Made by a program: the position numbers and the translations under genes. Shown here one piece after another: positions 41,104-51,389 of a stretch of 64,000 nt of DNA (position 1 is the stretch's first letter; every line of letters starts with the position of its first letter). Origin of the DNA: an uncultured Verrucomicrobiae bacterium (lineage in GTDB: Bacteria > Verrucomicrobiota > Verrucomicrobiia > Limisphaerales > Palsa-1400); contig CAVXRD010000001.1 of the NCBI GenBank assembly GCA_963764165.1, forward strand, positions 1,408,001 through 1,472,000, written 5' to 3'. The notes under the pieces are model-generated. The model was given only the letters and a program-made list of their open reading frames with translations. It had not been told where the DNA came from and ran no database searches.

Positions 41104-42399
41104 TCAGGCTTTGCGAACTTGTCCGGGTTTGGTTGGAATCGACGCCATCACATTTCTAGTGTCAACGATGCAATCCGCCCACTGCGCCAGGGCCTTGTAG
41201 TCAATATTTGCGTGATTCGTCGCGATAAGGACGAGGTCAAAATTTTTCACGGTCTCGGCGTTCCAGTGAATGGATTTCACGCCTGCCCATTGCGGATGTT
41301 CCCGCGTCAATTTGATTACCGGAATGTAGGGGTCGTAATAGGAGACTTCAGCTCCCCGCTCTTTCAACGCGGTCATCAGCACGTAGCTGGGAGACTCGCG
41401 ATCATCGTCCACGTTCGCCTTGTAGGCGAGGCCGAGCACCAGAATTTTGCTGCCGTTGAGAGCTTTGCGGCGATCATTCAACGCCGCCACAATTTGGTGG
41501 AGGACGTAGTCGGGCATCGAAGAATTAATTTCGCCAGCCAGCTCGATAAAACGCGTGTTCTGCACGAACTCACGCGCCTTCCATGTCAAATAAAATGGAT
41601 CAATGGGAATGCAGTGCCCGCCCAATCCCGGCCCCGGATAAAACGGCATGAACCCGAACGGTTTGGTTTTCGCCGCGTCGATCACTTCCCAAATATCAAT
41701 GCCCATCGCGGAATAAACGACCTTCAATTCGTTCACCAATGCGATGTTCACGCTGCGAAAAATATTCTCCATCAGCTTTGCCGCCTCCGCGACTCGGCAC
41801 GAAGCCACCGGCACCAACGCCTTGAAAGCGTGACTGTAAATAAACTTCGCGCGCTCAAGGCACGACGGAGTGAATCCGCCAACGACTTTGGGAATTTCCA
41901 TCGCGTTGCCGTGCGAATAACCCGGATCTTCGCGCTCGGGCGAATACGCCAAATGAAAATCAATGCCCGCTTTCAAGCGGGAACCCCGCTCAAGGACGGC
42001 GCGCAGATTCTCCTCGGTCGTCCCCGGAAACGTCGTGGATTCCAGCGCGACGAGCGCGCCCTGTTTGAGGTGGGGCGCGATGGCCTCGCCAGTTTTCAAC
42101 ACGAATGACAAATCCGGTTCGCGATTTTTGTTGAGCGGGGTCGGCACACAAATGATCACCGCCTCCACTTCGGAAACGCGGCTGAAATCCGTTGAAGCCG
42201 AGAAACGGCCAGCCTTCACGGCCTCGGCAATTTCACTGGCCGGAATGTGGCGGATGTAGGTCTGCCCCGCCGAAAGCGCCGCGACTTTTTTTTCATCAAT
42301 ATCGAGCCCGAGGACATCGACATTGGAACGGGCCATGCGGAGGGAGAGCGGGAGTCCGACGTATCCCAGGCCGATGATCGCGATTTTTGTAGTTTTCAA
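41104..42399 (-). CDS. UDP-GlcNAc 6-dehydrogenase (WbpA-like)
   Basis: GLGYVG, SPEREDPG, GGHCIPIDP, DDRESP. Confidence 0.9.
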   Translation of the reverse strand: MKTTKIAIIGLGYVGLPLSLRMARSNVDVLGLDIDEKKVAALSAGQTYIRHIPASEIAEAVKAGRFSASTDFSRVSEVEAVIICVPTPLNKNREPDLSFVLKTGEAIAPHLKQGALVALESTTFPGTTEENLRAVLERGSRLKAGIDFHLAYSPEREDPGYSHGNAMEIPKVVGGFTPSCLERAKFIYSHAFKALVPVASCRVAEAAKLMENIFRSVNIALVNELKVVYSAMGIDIWEVIDAAKTKPFGFMPFYPGPGLGGHCIPIDPFYLTWKAREFVQNTRFIELAGEINSSMPDYVLHQIVAALNDRRKALNGSKILVLGLAYKANVDDDRESPSYVLMTALKERGAEVSYYDPYIPVIKLTREHPQWAGVKSIHWNAETVKNFDLVLIATNHANIDYKALAQWADCIVDTRNVMASIPTKPGQVRKA

Positions 42400-42465
42400 G
42401 GCGGCGACGTTCGCTGCGGTTTAGCACGCCGATGCGGCGCAATCAACGCTATTAACGGTCTCCGA

Positions 42466-42531
42466 GGCAGGGACGCCTCGCCGAGGCGTCCGGGGTGAGG
42501 CGCTATCCGCGCGCAACCGGACGCCCCGGCG
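42466..42531. repeat. REP family A doublet, split by IS (right remnant 44215-44231)
   Basis: GGCAGGGACGCCTCGCCGAGGCGTCC...GGACGCCCCGGCG|IS|GGCGAGGCGTCCCTACC. Confidence 0.8.
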
Positions 42532-44214
42532 GAGACTGTCTCAAAACGTTTTAGTCTGGCCGATCTGGTTATATGGGCACCAATAGGGGCTGTGGAAACG
42601 GGTGTCAACTTTTAGTTGTCAGAGCGTGGCTGGCGTCAGCGATGACGCCAAGCTTCCCTTTCCCTCCTTTTTTAGGCCGCCATCGCCAAATTTCCTTCAA
42701 CCGCGGCGGTTTTGACTTCCATTTTCGGCGTCTGGACCCGGGCCTGCCACTTTTTATAGAGGATTCGCAGGTTCAAGGTGGCGCATAACAAGGCCCATTG
42801 GGCTTGCACGGCTTCCAGACCCCAAACTGTCCAACGCCGAAAGCCGTCGTGTTGCTTGAGCTGCCCAAACCGGCGTTCGATGATCTCTTTGCGCTTTCCA
42901 TAAAGCGCGGCGGGTCCTGGCTCTTGCAGCCGGGCCCGCATGGCTTGCACCAGCGTGGTGTGCGGCCACACTTCGACTTGCCGCCCTTTGGGATCGCGGC
43001 TGCAGAGGGCGCGCACGGGACAGTCTCGGTGATGGCAGCGGAAGCGCTCAACGGTCTGGCCTTTCTTGGTGGTCTGGCCTTCGTGGTCCAGAAGGCGCTC
43101 TTGCGGGCAGGTGACGGTGTGGGCCGCCTCGTCATAATGAAAATGCTGCGTCGCGTAGGCGTTGTCGTGGGCTGGCTTGCCCTCCGCCGGCGGGGCCAGC
43201 ACATTCATCTGCTGTTCCACGGCCGCTTTCAAGTCGGCCCCGCCCCCATAGCCGGCGTCGGCGGCGGTGAGGGTTGGAATGGCCGCCGGACCGAGGTTTT
43301 GCCTCGCTTCTTCAATCATGGGGACCAGCTGGCCGGCGTCGGTTTCCTGGCGGGTGGCTTGACAGGCGACCATGATGCCCTCCTGGCTGTCGGCCACCGC
43401 CTGGGCGTTGTAGGCAAAGCGGTTGGTGTCGCCGACTTTCATCCGGCGCGCCTCCGGTTCGGCTGGATGGTAATGGTGGCGCCCGTCGGCCTGCAGCTGG
43501 GCCAGGCCTTTTTTGATTTCCTCGCGCAGGGCCTGGCGCTGGGCCAACCCGGCGGGCAGCCGGCAGCCCGGTGCGCTGGAATCCTGGTTCTCCGCCACGA
43601 CTTTGAGCTCGATTTCCTCCAAGGCGCCATCCAGCTGGGCCAGGAGCTTCTCCATGTAAACCTTGCTCCAGCCCTGCGGCCCGCTGCAGGCGGCTTGAAT
43701 CTTGGTGCCGTCCAACGCTTGCAAGGCAAATCCCACCGCCCCGGTGCGGAGGGCCAGCTGCACGGTTTGCTTGAAAACCTGGCGCAGGGCCTTTTTGTTT
43801 CCGTCCCAGAACCGCCAGAGGCTGTTGTGGTCGGGGGCGTTGAGCCCCGTCAGCCACAGCAGCGAGACATGCTCCGTGCAGGCGGTTTCCAGCTTGCGGG
43901 TGGAGCGAATGCGGTGGAAATAACCGTAAAGCCAAATCTTGAGCAGGAGGCTGGGGGCATAGGGCGGACGGCCTTCGGCGGCGGCGGGAATGACAAACCC
44001 AAGCTGGGGCAGATCCAACTGGTCGACAAATTCGCGCAGGAAGCGGGCGGGATGGTCGGCGGACACCCAGTCCTCCAGGGCGGGCGGGAGGAGGAACTGC
44101 TGTCCGTAATCAGGGGCAATCGGTTGAGCCATATTTGTTGAACGGCATTGTCAACTAAAGGCTCACATATTGTCAAATACATTCCTCAAAAAACAGAAGT
44201 TTTGAGACAATCTC
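42532..44214 (-). mobile_element. IS1182-family insertion sequence
   Basis: IRs GAGACTGTCTCAAAAC/GTTTTGAGACAATCTC (15/16 match); 4-bp duplication GGCG at 42528-42531 and 44215-44218. Confidence 0.92.
42672..44132 (-). CDS. IS1182-family transposase
   Basis: GRPPY, LDGTKI, AYNAQ, ADAGY, ERRFGQLK; 486 aa. Confidence 0.92.
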   Translation of the reverse strand: MAQPIAPDYGQQFLLPPALEDWVSADHPARFLREFVDQLDLPQLGFVIPAAAEGRPPYAPSLLLKIWLYGYFHRIRSTRKLETACTEHVSLLWLTGLNAPDHNSLWRFWDGNKKALRQVFKQTVQLALRTGAVGFALQALDGTKIQAACSGPQGWSKVYMEKLLAQLDGALEEIELKVVAENQDSSAPGCRLPAGLAQRQALREEIKKGLAQLQADGRHHYHPAEPEARRMKVGDTNRFAYNAQAVADSQEGIMVACQATRQETDAGQLVPMIEEARQNLGPAAIPTLTAADAGYGGGADLKAAVEQQMNVLAPPAEGKPAHDNAYATQHFHYDEAAHTVTCPQERLLDHEGQTTKKGQTVERFRCHHRDCPVRALCSRDPKGRQVEVWPHTTLVQAMRARLQEPGPAALYGKRKEIIERRFGQLKQHDGFRRWTVWGLEAVQAQWALLCATLNLRILYKKWQARVQTPKMEVKTAAVEGNLAMAA

Positions 44215-44253
44215 GGCGAGGCGTCCCTACCTTCTCTGGCCCGCTTATGATCA

Positions 44254-45339
44254 TTAGTGATGCTGCACCGCGTGAATGATCTTGTCCTGAACCTCGGGCG
44301 CAAGAAACGGGTGCATCGGCAAGCTGATCACCTCGTTCGCCGCCTTTTCCGATTCGGGAAAATCGCCAAGCTTGTAGCCGAGATCGGAAAAAACCGGCTG
44401 CTCGTGCAGGCATTTCGGATAGTAGATCGCGGTGGGAATGCCCTGCTTCTTCAGACGTTCGCCGACTTTGTCGCGGTCGGGAATGCGAATGGTGTATTGC
44501 GCGTAAACGTGCGTGTTTCCGGGCGCGACCACGGGCACCGTGCAGCAATCCCCCAATGCCTTCGAGTATCGCGCGCCAATTTTCGCCCGCTCCGCAACTT
44601 CCCAGTCGAAGTGCGGCAGCTTCGCCAAAAGGACGGCGGCCTGGATCGTGTCGAATCGCCCGTTTGTGCCTAGGAGCGGATGATGATGCCGCTGCAATCC
44701 CCCGTGATTGCGAACAGCCTTCAACGTTCCCGCCATCTGGTCATCGTTGCAGAACAGCGCCCCGCCGTCGCCGAAACAGCCGAGCGGCTTGGCCGGAAAA
44801 AAGCTGGTGCTGCCGATGGTCGAAACGCCGCCGCTCCTGCGCCCGCGCTGGGTCGCGCCAAAACTTTGCGCCGCGTCTTCGAGGACTGGAATTTCAAATT
44901 CGTCCGCCAGCGCGTTGATGCGATCCATGTCCGGCATCTGGCCGAACAGGCTGACGGGCATGATGCACTTTGTGCGCGGCGTAATCGCCGCGCGAAGGAG
45001 ATCAATATTAATATTGTAAGTGGCCGGCTCAATATCGACAAAGACCGGCCGCGCCCCCACCAGCGAAACCGCTTCCGCCGTGCTGATCCACGTAAATGGC
45101 ACGGTGATGACTTCGTCACCCGGCCCGATGCCCAAAGCGCGAAACGCGATTTCCAGCGTGTGCGTGCCGCTCGATGCCGTAACGCAATACTTGACTCCCA
45201 CGTAATCGGCCAGCGCCTCTTCCAATTCCGCGACTTCCGGGCCCATGATGTATTGGCAGTGGTTGAGCACGGCCTGGATGCGGGCGTCAATTTCTGTCTT
45301 GTAGCGGCGATACTGTTCTTTGCAATCGATGAATTCCAT
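44254..45339 (-). CDS. DegT/DnrJ aminotransferase (WbpE-like)
   Basis: EDAAQSFG, SFFPAKPLGCFGDGG, SLPMHP. Confidence 0.9.
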   Translation of the reverse strand: MEFIDCKEQYRRYKTEIDARIQAVLNHCQYIMGPEVAELEEALADYVGVKYCVTASSGTHTLEIAFRALGIGPGDEVITVPFTWISTAEAVSLVGARPVFVDIEPATYNINIDLLRAAITPRTKCIMPVSLFGQMPDMDRINALADEFEIPVLEDAAQSFGATQRGRRSGGVSTIGSTSFFPAKPLGCFGDGGALFCNDDQMAGTLKAVRNHGGLQRHHHPLLGTNGRFDTIQAAVLLAKLPHFDWEVAERAKIGARYSKALGDCCTVPVVAPGNTHVYAQYTIRIPDRDKVGERLKKQGIPTAIYYPKCLHEQPVFSDLGYKLGDFPESEKAANEVISLPMHPFLAPEVQDKIIHAVQHH

Positions 45340-45966
45340 TTATTCGGGGACTTTCTGCTTGCCCACGCCAGTTTTCCCGGGCGGGCGGGGGGCGGAAGCG
45401 CTGGTGGTTGCAAGGGCTGGCAATATGTCTGCCATGCGGCGGTTCTCCACCCGCACTGAGCTTCTGTCCACTTCGGTCAAGGTTACGCGACCCAGAAAAT
45501 CCAGCAAGACTTGTATTCGCTGCCCGGCGGAGGCCGCGCGGAGCACCATTCCCGAAAGGCCCATGAAAACGCCGCCGGCGATTTTCACTTCCGCTCCCGG
45601 CACCACTCCATCCGCCGCCACGAAAGGCAATTCGGAATCGAAATGCTGCTTCAACTCCGCAATCACATTATCCGGCACGGCGGGAATTTTTTTTCCAAAA
45701 TGCACGATGCTGCTGACGCCGGCGATATGCTTCAGATCGTCGTAAGCCTGCTCCAGGACGCAATGGACAAAAATGTAGCAGGGAAAAAGCGGCTCCAGCA
45801 CGCGCATCACGCCGCGCTGCGTGGCCCGCTCCAGGCGCAGGCGCGGATTGAAAACTTCGAGCCCCAGGCGCTTGGCAACGTTCGCGGCCGCGATGTGCTC
45901 GTGCTTGGGCTTTGTCCGCGCGCAGTACCATTCGAGTTTGGCGTGGTTCTGCGATTTAGGGCGCAT
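45340..45966 (-). CDS. NusG paralogue (RfaH/UpxY-like antiterminator)
   Basis: WYCARTKP, PLFPCYIFV, KOW-like GGVFMG; first gene of the polysaccharide operon. Confidence 0.87.
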   Translation of the reverse strand: MRPKSQNHAKLEWYCARTKPKHEHIAAANVAKRLGLEVFNPRLRLERATQRGVMRVLEPLFPCYIFVHCVLEQAYDDLKHIAGVSSIVHFGKKIPAVPDNVIAELKQHFDSELPFVAADGVVPGAEVKIAGGVFMGLSGMVLRAASAGQRIQVLLDFLGRVTLTEVDRSSVRVENRRMADILPALATTSASAPRPPGKTGVGKQKVPE

Positions 45967-46031
45967 GCGAGTCCATTCTGCAAAAACTATAGTTCACCTC
46001 CGTTCCATTGCAACGCATCGCGCAACAATGC

Positions 46032-46131
46032 GGAGCGTGGCTGTGTCGAAGACCAGCCGCAGCAACGTGGAATTAGCCGACGCGCCGGGCGGTGCAACGC
46101 GCTGCGGCTGGTCCTCGATACAGCCGCGCTC
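46032..46131. repeat. REP-like family C
   Basis: GGAGCGTGGCTGTGTCGAAGACCAGCCGCAGC...GCTGCGGCTGGTCCTCGATACAGCCGCGCTC. Confidence 0.75.
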
Positions 46132-46203
46132 GGCTAACGGTGGCATAGCTCACTCACCCTGACACCTTGCCTTTGCCTTACCACCTGATTAACGTCACCG
46201 TCT

Positions 46204-47418
46204 ATGGCTCAGATTAGACCGTTTGCCGCTCTGCGACCCAACCCGGCGCTGGCTGGAAAAATTTGTGAATTGCCCTACGACGTCATGTCCTCCGCCGAGG
46301 CCCGCCAGATGGCGGCGGGCAATCCCCTGAGTTTTTTGCACGTCAGCAAGCCGGAAATCGATCTGCCGGAGAGCGTGGATATTTACGACGCGCGAGTCTA
46401 TGCGAAGGGGCGCGAGAATTTTTCGCGCATGATCAGCGAGGGCGCGCTGAAACAGGATTCGCAGCCGTTCTATTATTTCTACCGGCAAATCATGGGTGGG
46501 CACTCGCAAACGGGTTTGGTCGCAGTTGCGAGCTGCCAGGATTACCTCGACGGCATCGTGAAGAAACACGAATTCACGCGCCCTGATAAAGAGGACGACC
46601 GCGTGCGCCATATCGAGACGCTGAATTCACAGACGGGGCCAGTTTTTCTGGTTTACAAAGCGAATCCCAAATTGGACAAGATCGCGGCCGGCGTCACATC
46701 TCAAACGCCCGATACTGATTTCACCGCAACGGACGGCGTGCGGCATACCTCATGGACTGTGCGCGATGCGGCTGCCTTGGCAACGATCTCGGAGATTTTT
46801 GCGGCGATGCCGGCGCTCTTTATCGCCGACGGCCATCATCGCAGCGCGGCGGCGGGGCGCGTTTATAAATCGCGAAACGGCGCGGGCGGCAGCGCTTGGT
46901 TTTTGAGCGTTATTTTTCCGGATGACCAGGTGAAAATTCTGCCCTACAACCGGGTGCTGAAAAGTCTCGGCGGCATGAGCGCCTCAGGCCTGTTGGAAAA
47001 ACTCAAATCGATTTTCGAAATTGCACCTGGAGGCGCAGGCGAGGTGAAAGCAAAACACGAACTTGGATTATTCGTCGAGGGACAATGGCATTCGCTGCAT
47101 TTTCGGACGGAGTTGGTCAACGGCCAATCGGCATTGGATGGATTGGATGTATCACTTTTGCAGAAGCACGTTCTCGCGCCGATCTTCGGCATCGATGACC
47201 CACGCACGAGCAAGAACATTCAATTCGTCGGCGGCATTCGCGGAACGGCGGAACTCGAGAAACTTGTCAATACGAAGCAATTCGCCTGCGCCTTTTCGAT
47301 GTTCCCCACCGGCATTGAAGACCTGATGACCATCGCCGATGGCGGCGGGATCATGCCTCCCAAGAGCACATGGTTCGAGCCCAAGCTCCGCGACGCCATG
47401 TTCTGCCACATGATTTAG
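46204..47418 (+). CDS. DUF1015 family protein
   Basis: PYDV, KKHEFTR, IADGHHR, MPPKSTWFEPK. Confidence 0.9.
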   Translation: MAQIRPFAALRPNPALAGKICELPYDVMSSAEARQMAAGNPLSFLHVSKPEIDLPESVDIYDARVYAKGRENFSRMISEGALKQDSQPFYYFYRQIMGGHSQTGLVAVASCQDYLDGIVKKHEFTRPDKEDDRVRHIETLNSQTGPVFLVYKANPKLDKIAAGVTSQTPDTDFTATDGVRHTSWTVRDAAALATISEIFAAMPALFIADGHHRSAAAGRVYKSRNGAGGSAWFLSVIFPDDQVKILPYNRVLKSLGGMSASGLLEKLKSIFEIAPGGAGEVKAKHELGLFVEGQWHSLHFRTELVNGQSALDGLDVSLLQKHVLAPIFGIDDPRTSKNIQFVGGIRGTAELEKLVNTKQFACAFSMFPTGIEDLMTIADGGGIMPPKSTWFEPKLRDAMFCHMI

Positions 47419-47436
47419 CTGGCCCAATTCGAAAGA

Positions 47437-47579
47437 GGTAGCGCGACCGTCTCGGTCGCTCTGGCCGGCGTCCCGCCGGACAGTTCAACAGATCGGCGGC
47501 GATCACTTGGTGAAATTTCTTTGCGCGAAGAGTTTTCGGCGAGACGCCGAAAACAGCTACCGAGACAGTCGCGGTCCCC
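47437..47579. repeat. REP-like inverted repeat between convergent genes
   Basis: GGTAGCGCGACCGTCTCGGT...ACCGAGACAGTCGCG. Confidence 0.6.
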
Positions 47580-47600
47580 AAATCACCGCATTGTCGCGGC

Positions 47601-50414
47601 TTAGCGGTCAGCGTGCGCAAGCGCATCCGCCAAAATTTCGGCGAGATGCTTCGGATGACGGTCGGAAAGATGTTCGACTTGATGGCGGCAGCTCGTACCA
47701 GAGGCGACGATGATGCTTTCCGACGGCTGACTTTCAAGCCGGTCGATCAATGGCTTCGCCACTTTGACAGAGAGATCGTATTTGGATTCCAGCGCACCAA
47801 AAGCTCCAGCCATTCCGCAGCAACCCGTATCCAGCAATTTCGCCGAACGCCCCGGGATTCGTTCAACGAGGCGCTTCATGAAACTTGTGTCGAGCAGTGA
47901 TTTGGCGTGGCAATGCGCGTGGATGGCGACGTTTTGGTTGACGTTGTTGAAAGCAATCGCGCCCGGTTCGTGAACGAGGAGGTTTTCCATAAACGATTCA
48001 AAAAGGAAGCAACGCGATTTGATTTTTTCCGCGCCCGGAAGTTTCAATTCGCGGTAATCCTCTGCGAACATCGAATAGCACGACGGTTCGAGAAATAGAA
48101 TCGGTTCCGCGCCGCCGTCCGCTGTCAATAATTCGAGATTGTGTCGGCCCATCTCGGCGGCTTCATCGAGGCAGCCCTGGCTGAACGCTGGCCTTCCGCA
48201 ACATTTCCGGCCCATCGGCAGTTTCACAGTGAATCCAGCCGCCTCCAGCACCGCGACCGCAGCGCGACCGATGTGCGGTTCGTGATAGCGGACGAACGTG
48301 TCGTCCCACAGGATAATTGAACTGCGCGAACCCACGCGTTTTTCGCCGCGCCGTGCAAACCAATAATCGAATCGTTCCGACGCGTAAAGAGGAAGCGGAC
48401 GCCGCGCGGAAATGCCGAGCATGCTTCCCATCAGGCGGCGCAAGACCGGCGCGCGCAGCATCCAATTCGCCACATTCGGCACAACACATCCCATTCTTCC
48501 CATCAAGTCCACCGAACTGAAGATCCGCTCCCGCAAGGAAACGCCATAACGCTCGTGGCGTCCGTGCAGCAATTCCGCCTTCAGAAGCGCGAGGTTCACG
48601 TTGGACGGGCACTCGGAGGTGCATGCTTTGCACGAAAGGCAATTTCCCAGCGCCGCATCCATTTCGTCGCTGCGCAAGGGATCGGCAATGCCGCGCATTT
48701 CCAGCGCGGCGCGAATCGTGTTGGCCCGGCCGCGCGTGGACATGATTTCTTCGCCCGTGGCCAGAAACGTGGGACACATCGTCGGCGCGTCCTTGCGGCA
48801 GCCGCCGCAGCCGTTGCATTGCTCAAGATTGCCGATGAACGAATCATCCTTGGCGGCAAAGGCCAGCCTTGGCTCGAATGGCAAAACCAATTCTCTTCCC
48901 GGCCCTTGCCGTAGGTTCAAGTCGATTTTCCATTGGCCATCGGGAATTACTTTGCCGGGATTGAAAAGTCCGGTCGGGTCGAAAATATTCTTTACATCAC
49001 GCATGACGCCGAGGAGCCGCGGGCCAACCTGGCTTTCCATGTATTCAGTGCGGGCCATTCCCACGCCGTGCTCCGCCGCCAGCGAGCCTTTGAATTGCCG
49101 CACCAGCGCCGCGACTTCATCCGAAACTTCACGGAATTTTCTCAGATCCCCAGCGTTATGCAGATCAAGGACGGGACGAACGTGCAGCAAACCTGAAGCG
49201 GCGTGGCCGTAGAAACACGCCTCCAAATTCCGGTCGCGCAGGATTTTATAGAGGCCGTTCACGTAATCAGGAAGCACGCGCGGATCAACGGCGGTGTCCT
49301 CGATGGCAGTCACCGGTTTCGCTGCGCCTTTGCAACCTGTCAACAATGACAACCCGGCTTTGCGCATGTTCCACACTTGCGCCATGGGCGAGGCATCCCG
49401 CAGCAGAAGCGTGCGAAGCCCCAATTTCTTTTTGCGCACCGCTTCCAAACGGTCGCCGTCGTCATCAAAAAACTCGACCAATAGGAGCGACTCGCACGGT
49501 TTGCCATCCAGCTCCAAAAGGTCGCGGGCGGCTTTGAACTGCAATTGCCCGCGTGTTTGGTCAAATAGAACTTTGTCGACGTGCTCAATCGCGGCAGGCT
49601 GCAGGTCAAGCAATTCAACCGTGGCGCGCATCGCTTCTGAAACCGACGCGAAGAAAATAATGCCGAGCGTCTTTCGTTTTGGCGCCGGCACAATTTTCAA
49701 TTCCGCCGAAACAATGGCCGCCAGGGTTCCTTCGCTTCCGGCCAGCAAGTGGCTTGCGTTGGCATGGCGCAGGTAACGATCCAACCCATAACCAGGCCAG
49801 CGTTTGAGCAACGTTGCTGGCATGCGCGACTCAATTTCGGTCGCGGCAGCTCGAACAACGTGTGACAGATCACGACGCTCTCGCGCGTCGAGTGTTTCAG
49901 TTTGTCCATCCGCTCGCACCACTTCCAGCGAAACAACGTGGTCGACAGTGCAGCCGAAAACCGGCGTGTGCGCCCCGGAAGAATTGTTCGCGACCATCCC
50001 GCCGATGGTGGCGCGCGAACTCGTCGCCACGTCCGGGCCGAAGCAAAATCCGTGCGGCTTCAGGCATGCGTTTAATTGATCGAGAACGACGCCAGCACCC
50101 GCACGCACCGTTCGCTTTTCCAGATTTAAATCAGAAATCCCGCGGTTGAACCGGGCGAACTCAACCACCAATCCCCTGCCCAGCGCGCCTCCCACCAAGC
50201 CGCTTCCCGCTCCTCGTGGAATGACGGGGATGCCCGCGATGGCGGCGGCTTTGATGATGGCGGAGGCTTGCGCCGCGCCGCGCGGAAAGGCGACCGCTGC
50301 CGGCTCGACCTGGTAAACCGAGGCGTCTGTGGCGTAAAGCTGGCGGGTGAGATTGTCAAAGGCGACTTCGCAATCGACCGCGGCCAGCAGCGCCCGTTGC
50401 TGGTCTGCCAACAC
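47601..50414 (-). CDS. FAD-linked oxidase with Fe-S and CCG domains (YdiJ/GlcDF-like)
   Basis: GSEGTL, AEHGVG, CNGCGGC, CLSCKAC...CP, CCG motifs. Confidence 0.9.
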   Translation of the reverse strand: MLADQQRALLAAVDCEVAFDNLTRQLYATDASVYQVEPAAVAFPRGAAQASAIIKAAAIAGIPVIPRGAGSGLVGGALGRGLVVEFARFNRGISDLNLEKRTVRAGAGVVLDQLNACLKPHGFCFGPDVATSSRATIGGMVANNSSGAHTPVFGCTVDHVVSLEVVRADGQTETLDARERRDLSHVVRAAATEIESRMPATLLKRWPGYGLDRYLRHANASHLLAGSEGTLAAIVSAELKIVPAPKRKTLGIIFFASVSEAMRATVELLDLQPAAIEHVDKVLFDQTRGQLQFKAARDLLELDGKPCESLLLVEFFDDDGDRLEAVRKKKLGLRTLLLRDASPMAQVWNMRKAGLSLLTGCKGAAKPVTAIEDTAVDPRVLPDYVNGLYKILRDRNLEACFYGHAASGLLHVRPVLDLHNAGDLRKFREVSDEVAALVRQFKGSLAAEHGVGMARTEYMESQVGPRLLGVMRDVKNIFDPTGLFNPGKVIPDGQWKIDLNLRQGPGRELVLPFEPRLAFAAKDDSFIGNLEQCNGCGGCRKDAPTMCPTFLATGEEIMSTRGRANTIRAALEMRGIADPLRSDEMDAALGNCLSCKACTSECPSNVNLALLKAELLHGRHERYGVSLRERIFSSVDLMGRMGCVVPNVANWMLRAPVLRRLMGSMLGISARRPLPLYASERFDYWFARRGEKRVGSRSSIILWDDTFVRYHEPHIGRAAVAVLEAAGFTVKLPMGRKCCGRPAFSQGCLDEAAEMGRHNLELLTADGGAEPILFLEPSCYSMFAEDYRELKLPGAEKIKSRCFLFESFMENLLVHEPGAIAFNNVNQNVAIHAHCHAKSLLDTSFMKRLVERIPGRSAKLLDTGCCGMAGAFGALESKYDLSVKVAKPLIDRLESQPSESIIVASGTSCRHQVEHLSDRHPKHLAEILADALAHADR

Positions 50415-51301
50415 TACTTAAGCCCGAGATTGCGCACCACCGCGACGGTGGACCGCGCTTTGTTGAGCGTGTAAAAATGCAGCCCGGCAACACCTTCGTC
50501 CAGCAGCTCCTGGCACTGGCGCGTCGCGTATTCGATGCCGAATTCCGTGCAAGCCTCGTCGTCGCTTTCGTGCTTTTCCAGGTTGAAAAGCAGCGGCGTT
50601 GGAAGCTCGGCGCCGCACAATTTGGTGAAGCGCTTGATTTGGTGCGCGCTCAAAATCGGGATGATGCCTGGTATGATCGGCACCGTAACGCCCTGCTTCG
50701 ACAGGTAATCACGGAAGCGAAAATAATCGCGGTTATCGAAAAATAATTGCGTCAATACGAAATCTGCCCCGCTGTCAATCTTCGCCTTAAGACGGTCCCA
50801 ATCCACTTCGCGGCCTTCTTTGCAAGCAACATGGCCTTCCGGAAACCCCGCGGTGCCAATGCAAAAGCCGCCCATTTCTCGTATGAATTTCACCAATTGA
50901 TACGAATACTCGAAGCCTCCCTCGGTTTTTTGAAACGTGCCGTTGCCGCCTGGCGGATCGCCGCGAAGGGCCAGGATGTTTTGGATGCCAAGCGACTTGG
51001 CCTGATTGAGGACGCTGCGCAACTCCTCGGCGGTGGCATTCACGCACGTCAGGTGTGACATCGCAGGAATGTTGTGCTCGCGCTGGATGCGGTCCACGAT
51101 TCCCAGCGTCTTCTCGCGCGTTCCCCCGCCCGCGCCGTAAGTGACCGAGCAATAGTCGGGATTCACTTCTTTCAGGGCCGGGAGCGTCTTGCCCAGGAGA
51201 GCGCGGTCGCCGTCATCCGTTTTCGGCGGAAAGAACTCAAACGAGATGACCGGCAGGCCCAAAGCGGCCTTCCGGGCATGGATGTCGCAGATAAATTGCA
51301 T
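50414..51301 (-). CDS. metF: Methylenetetrahydrofolate reductase
   Basis: SFEFFPPK, SVTYGAGG, LRGDPP, TQLFF, HFYTLN. Confidence 0.95.
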   Translation of the reverse strand: MQFICDIHARKAALGLPVISFEFFPPKTDDGDRALLGKTLPALKEVNPDYCSVTYGAGGGTREKTLGIVDRIQREHNIPAMSHLTCVNATAEELRSVLNQAKSLGIQNILALRGDPPGGNGTFQKTEGGFEYSYQLVKFIREMGGFCIGTAGFPEGHVACKEGREVDWDRLKAKIDSGADFVLTQLFFDNRDYFRFRDYLSKQGVTVPIIPGIIPILSAHQIKRFTKLCGAELPTPLLFNLEKHESDDEACTEFGIEYATRQCQELLDEGVAGLHFYTLNKARSTVAVVRNLGLK

Positions 51302-51389
51302 TGATGGATTATGGTTGCGGCGTGGCCAAAGTTCAAACGGCAATCTTCGACCATTTGACAAGCGGCAGAACTATTTTACATTAGGCCCC

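Noticed and set aside
46170..46190. ops/JUMPstart element upstream of the NusG paralogue
   Set aside because: GGTGGTAAGG is only a weak match to GGCGGTAG.
51302..51389. SAM/SAH riboswitch before metF
   Set aside because: Short divergent gap with no recognisable aptamer motifs.
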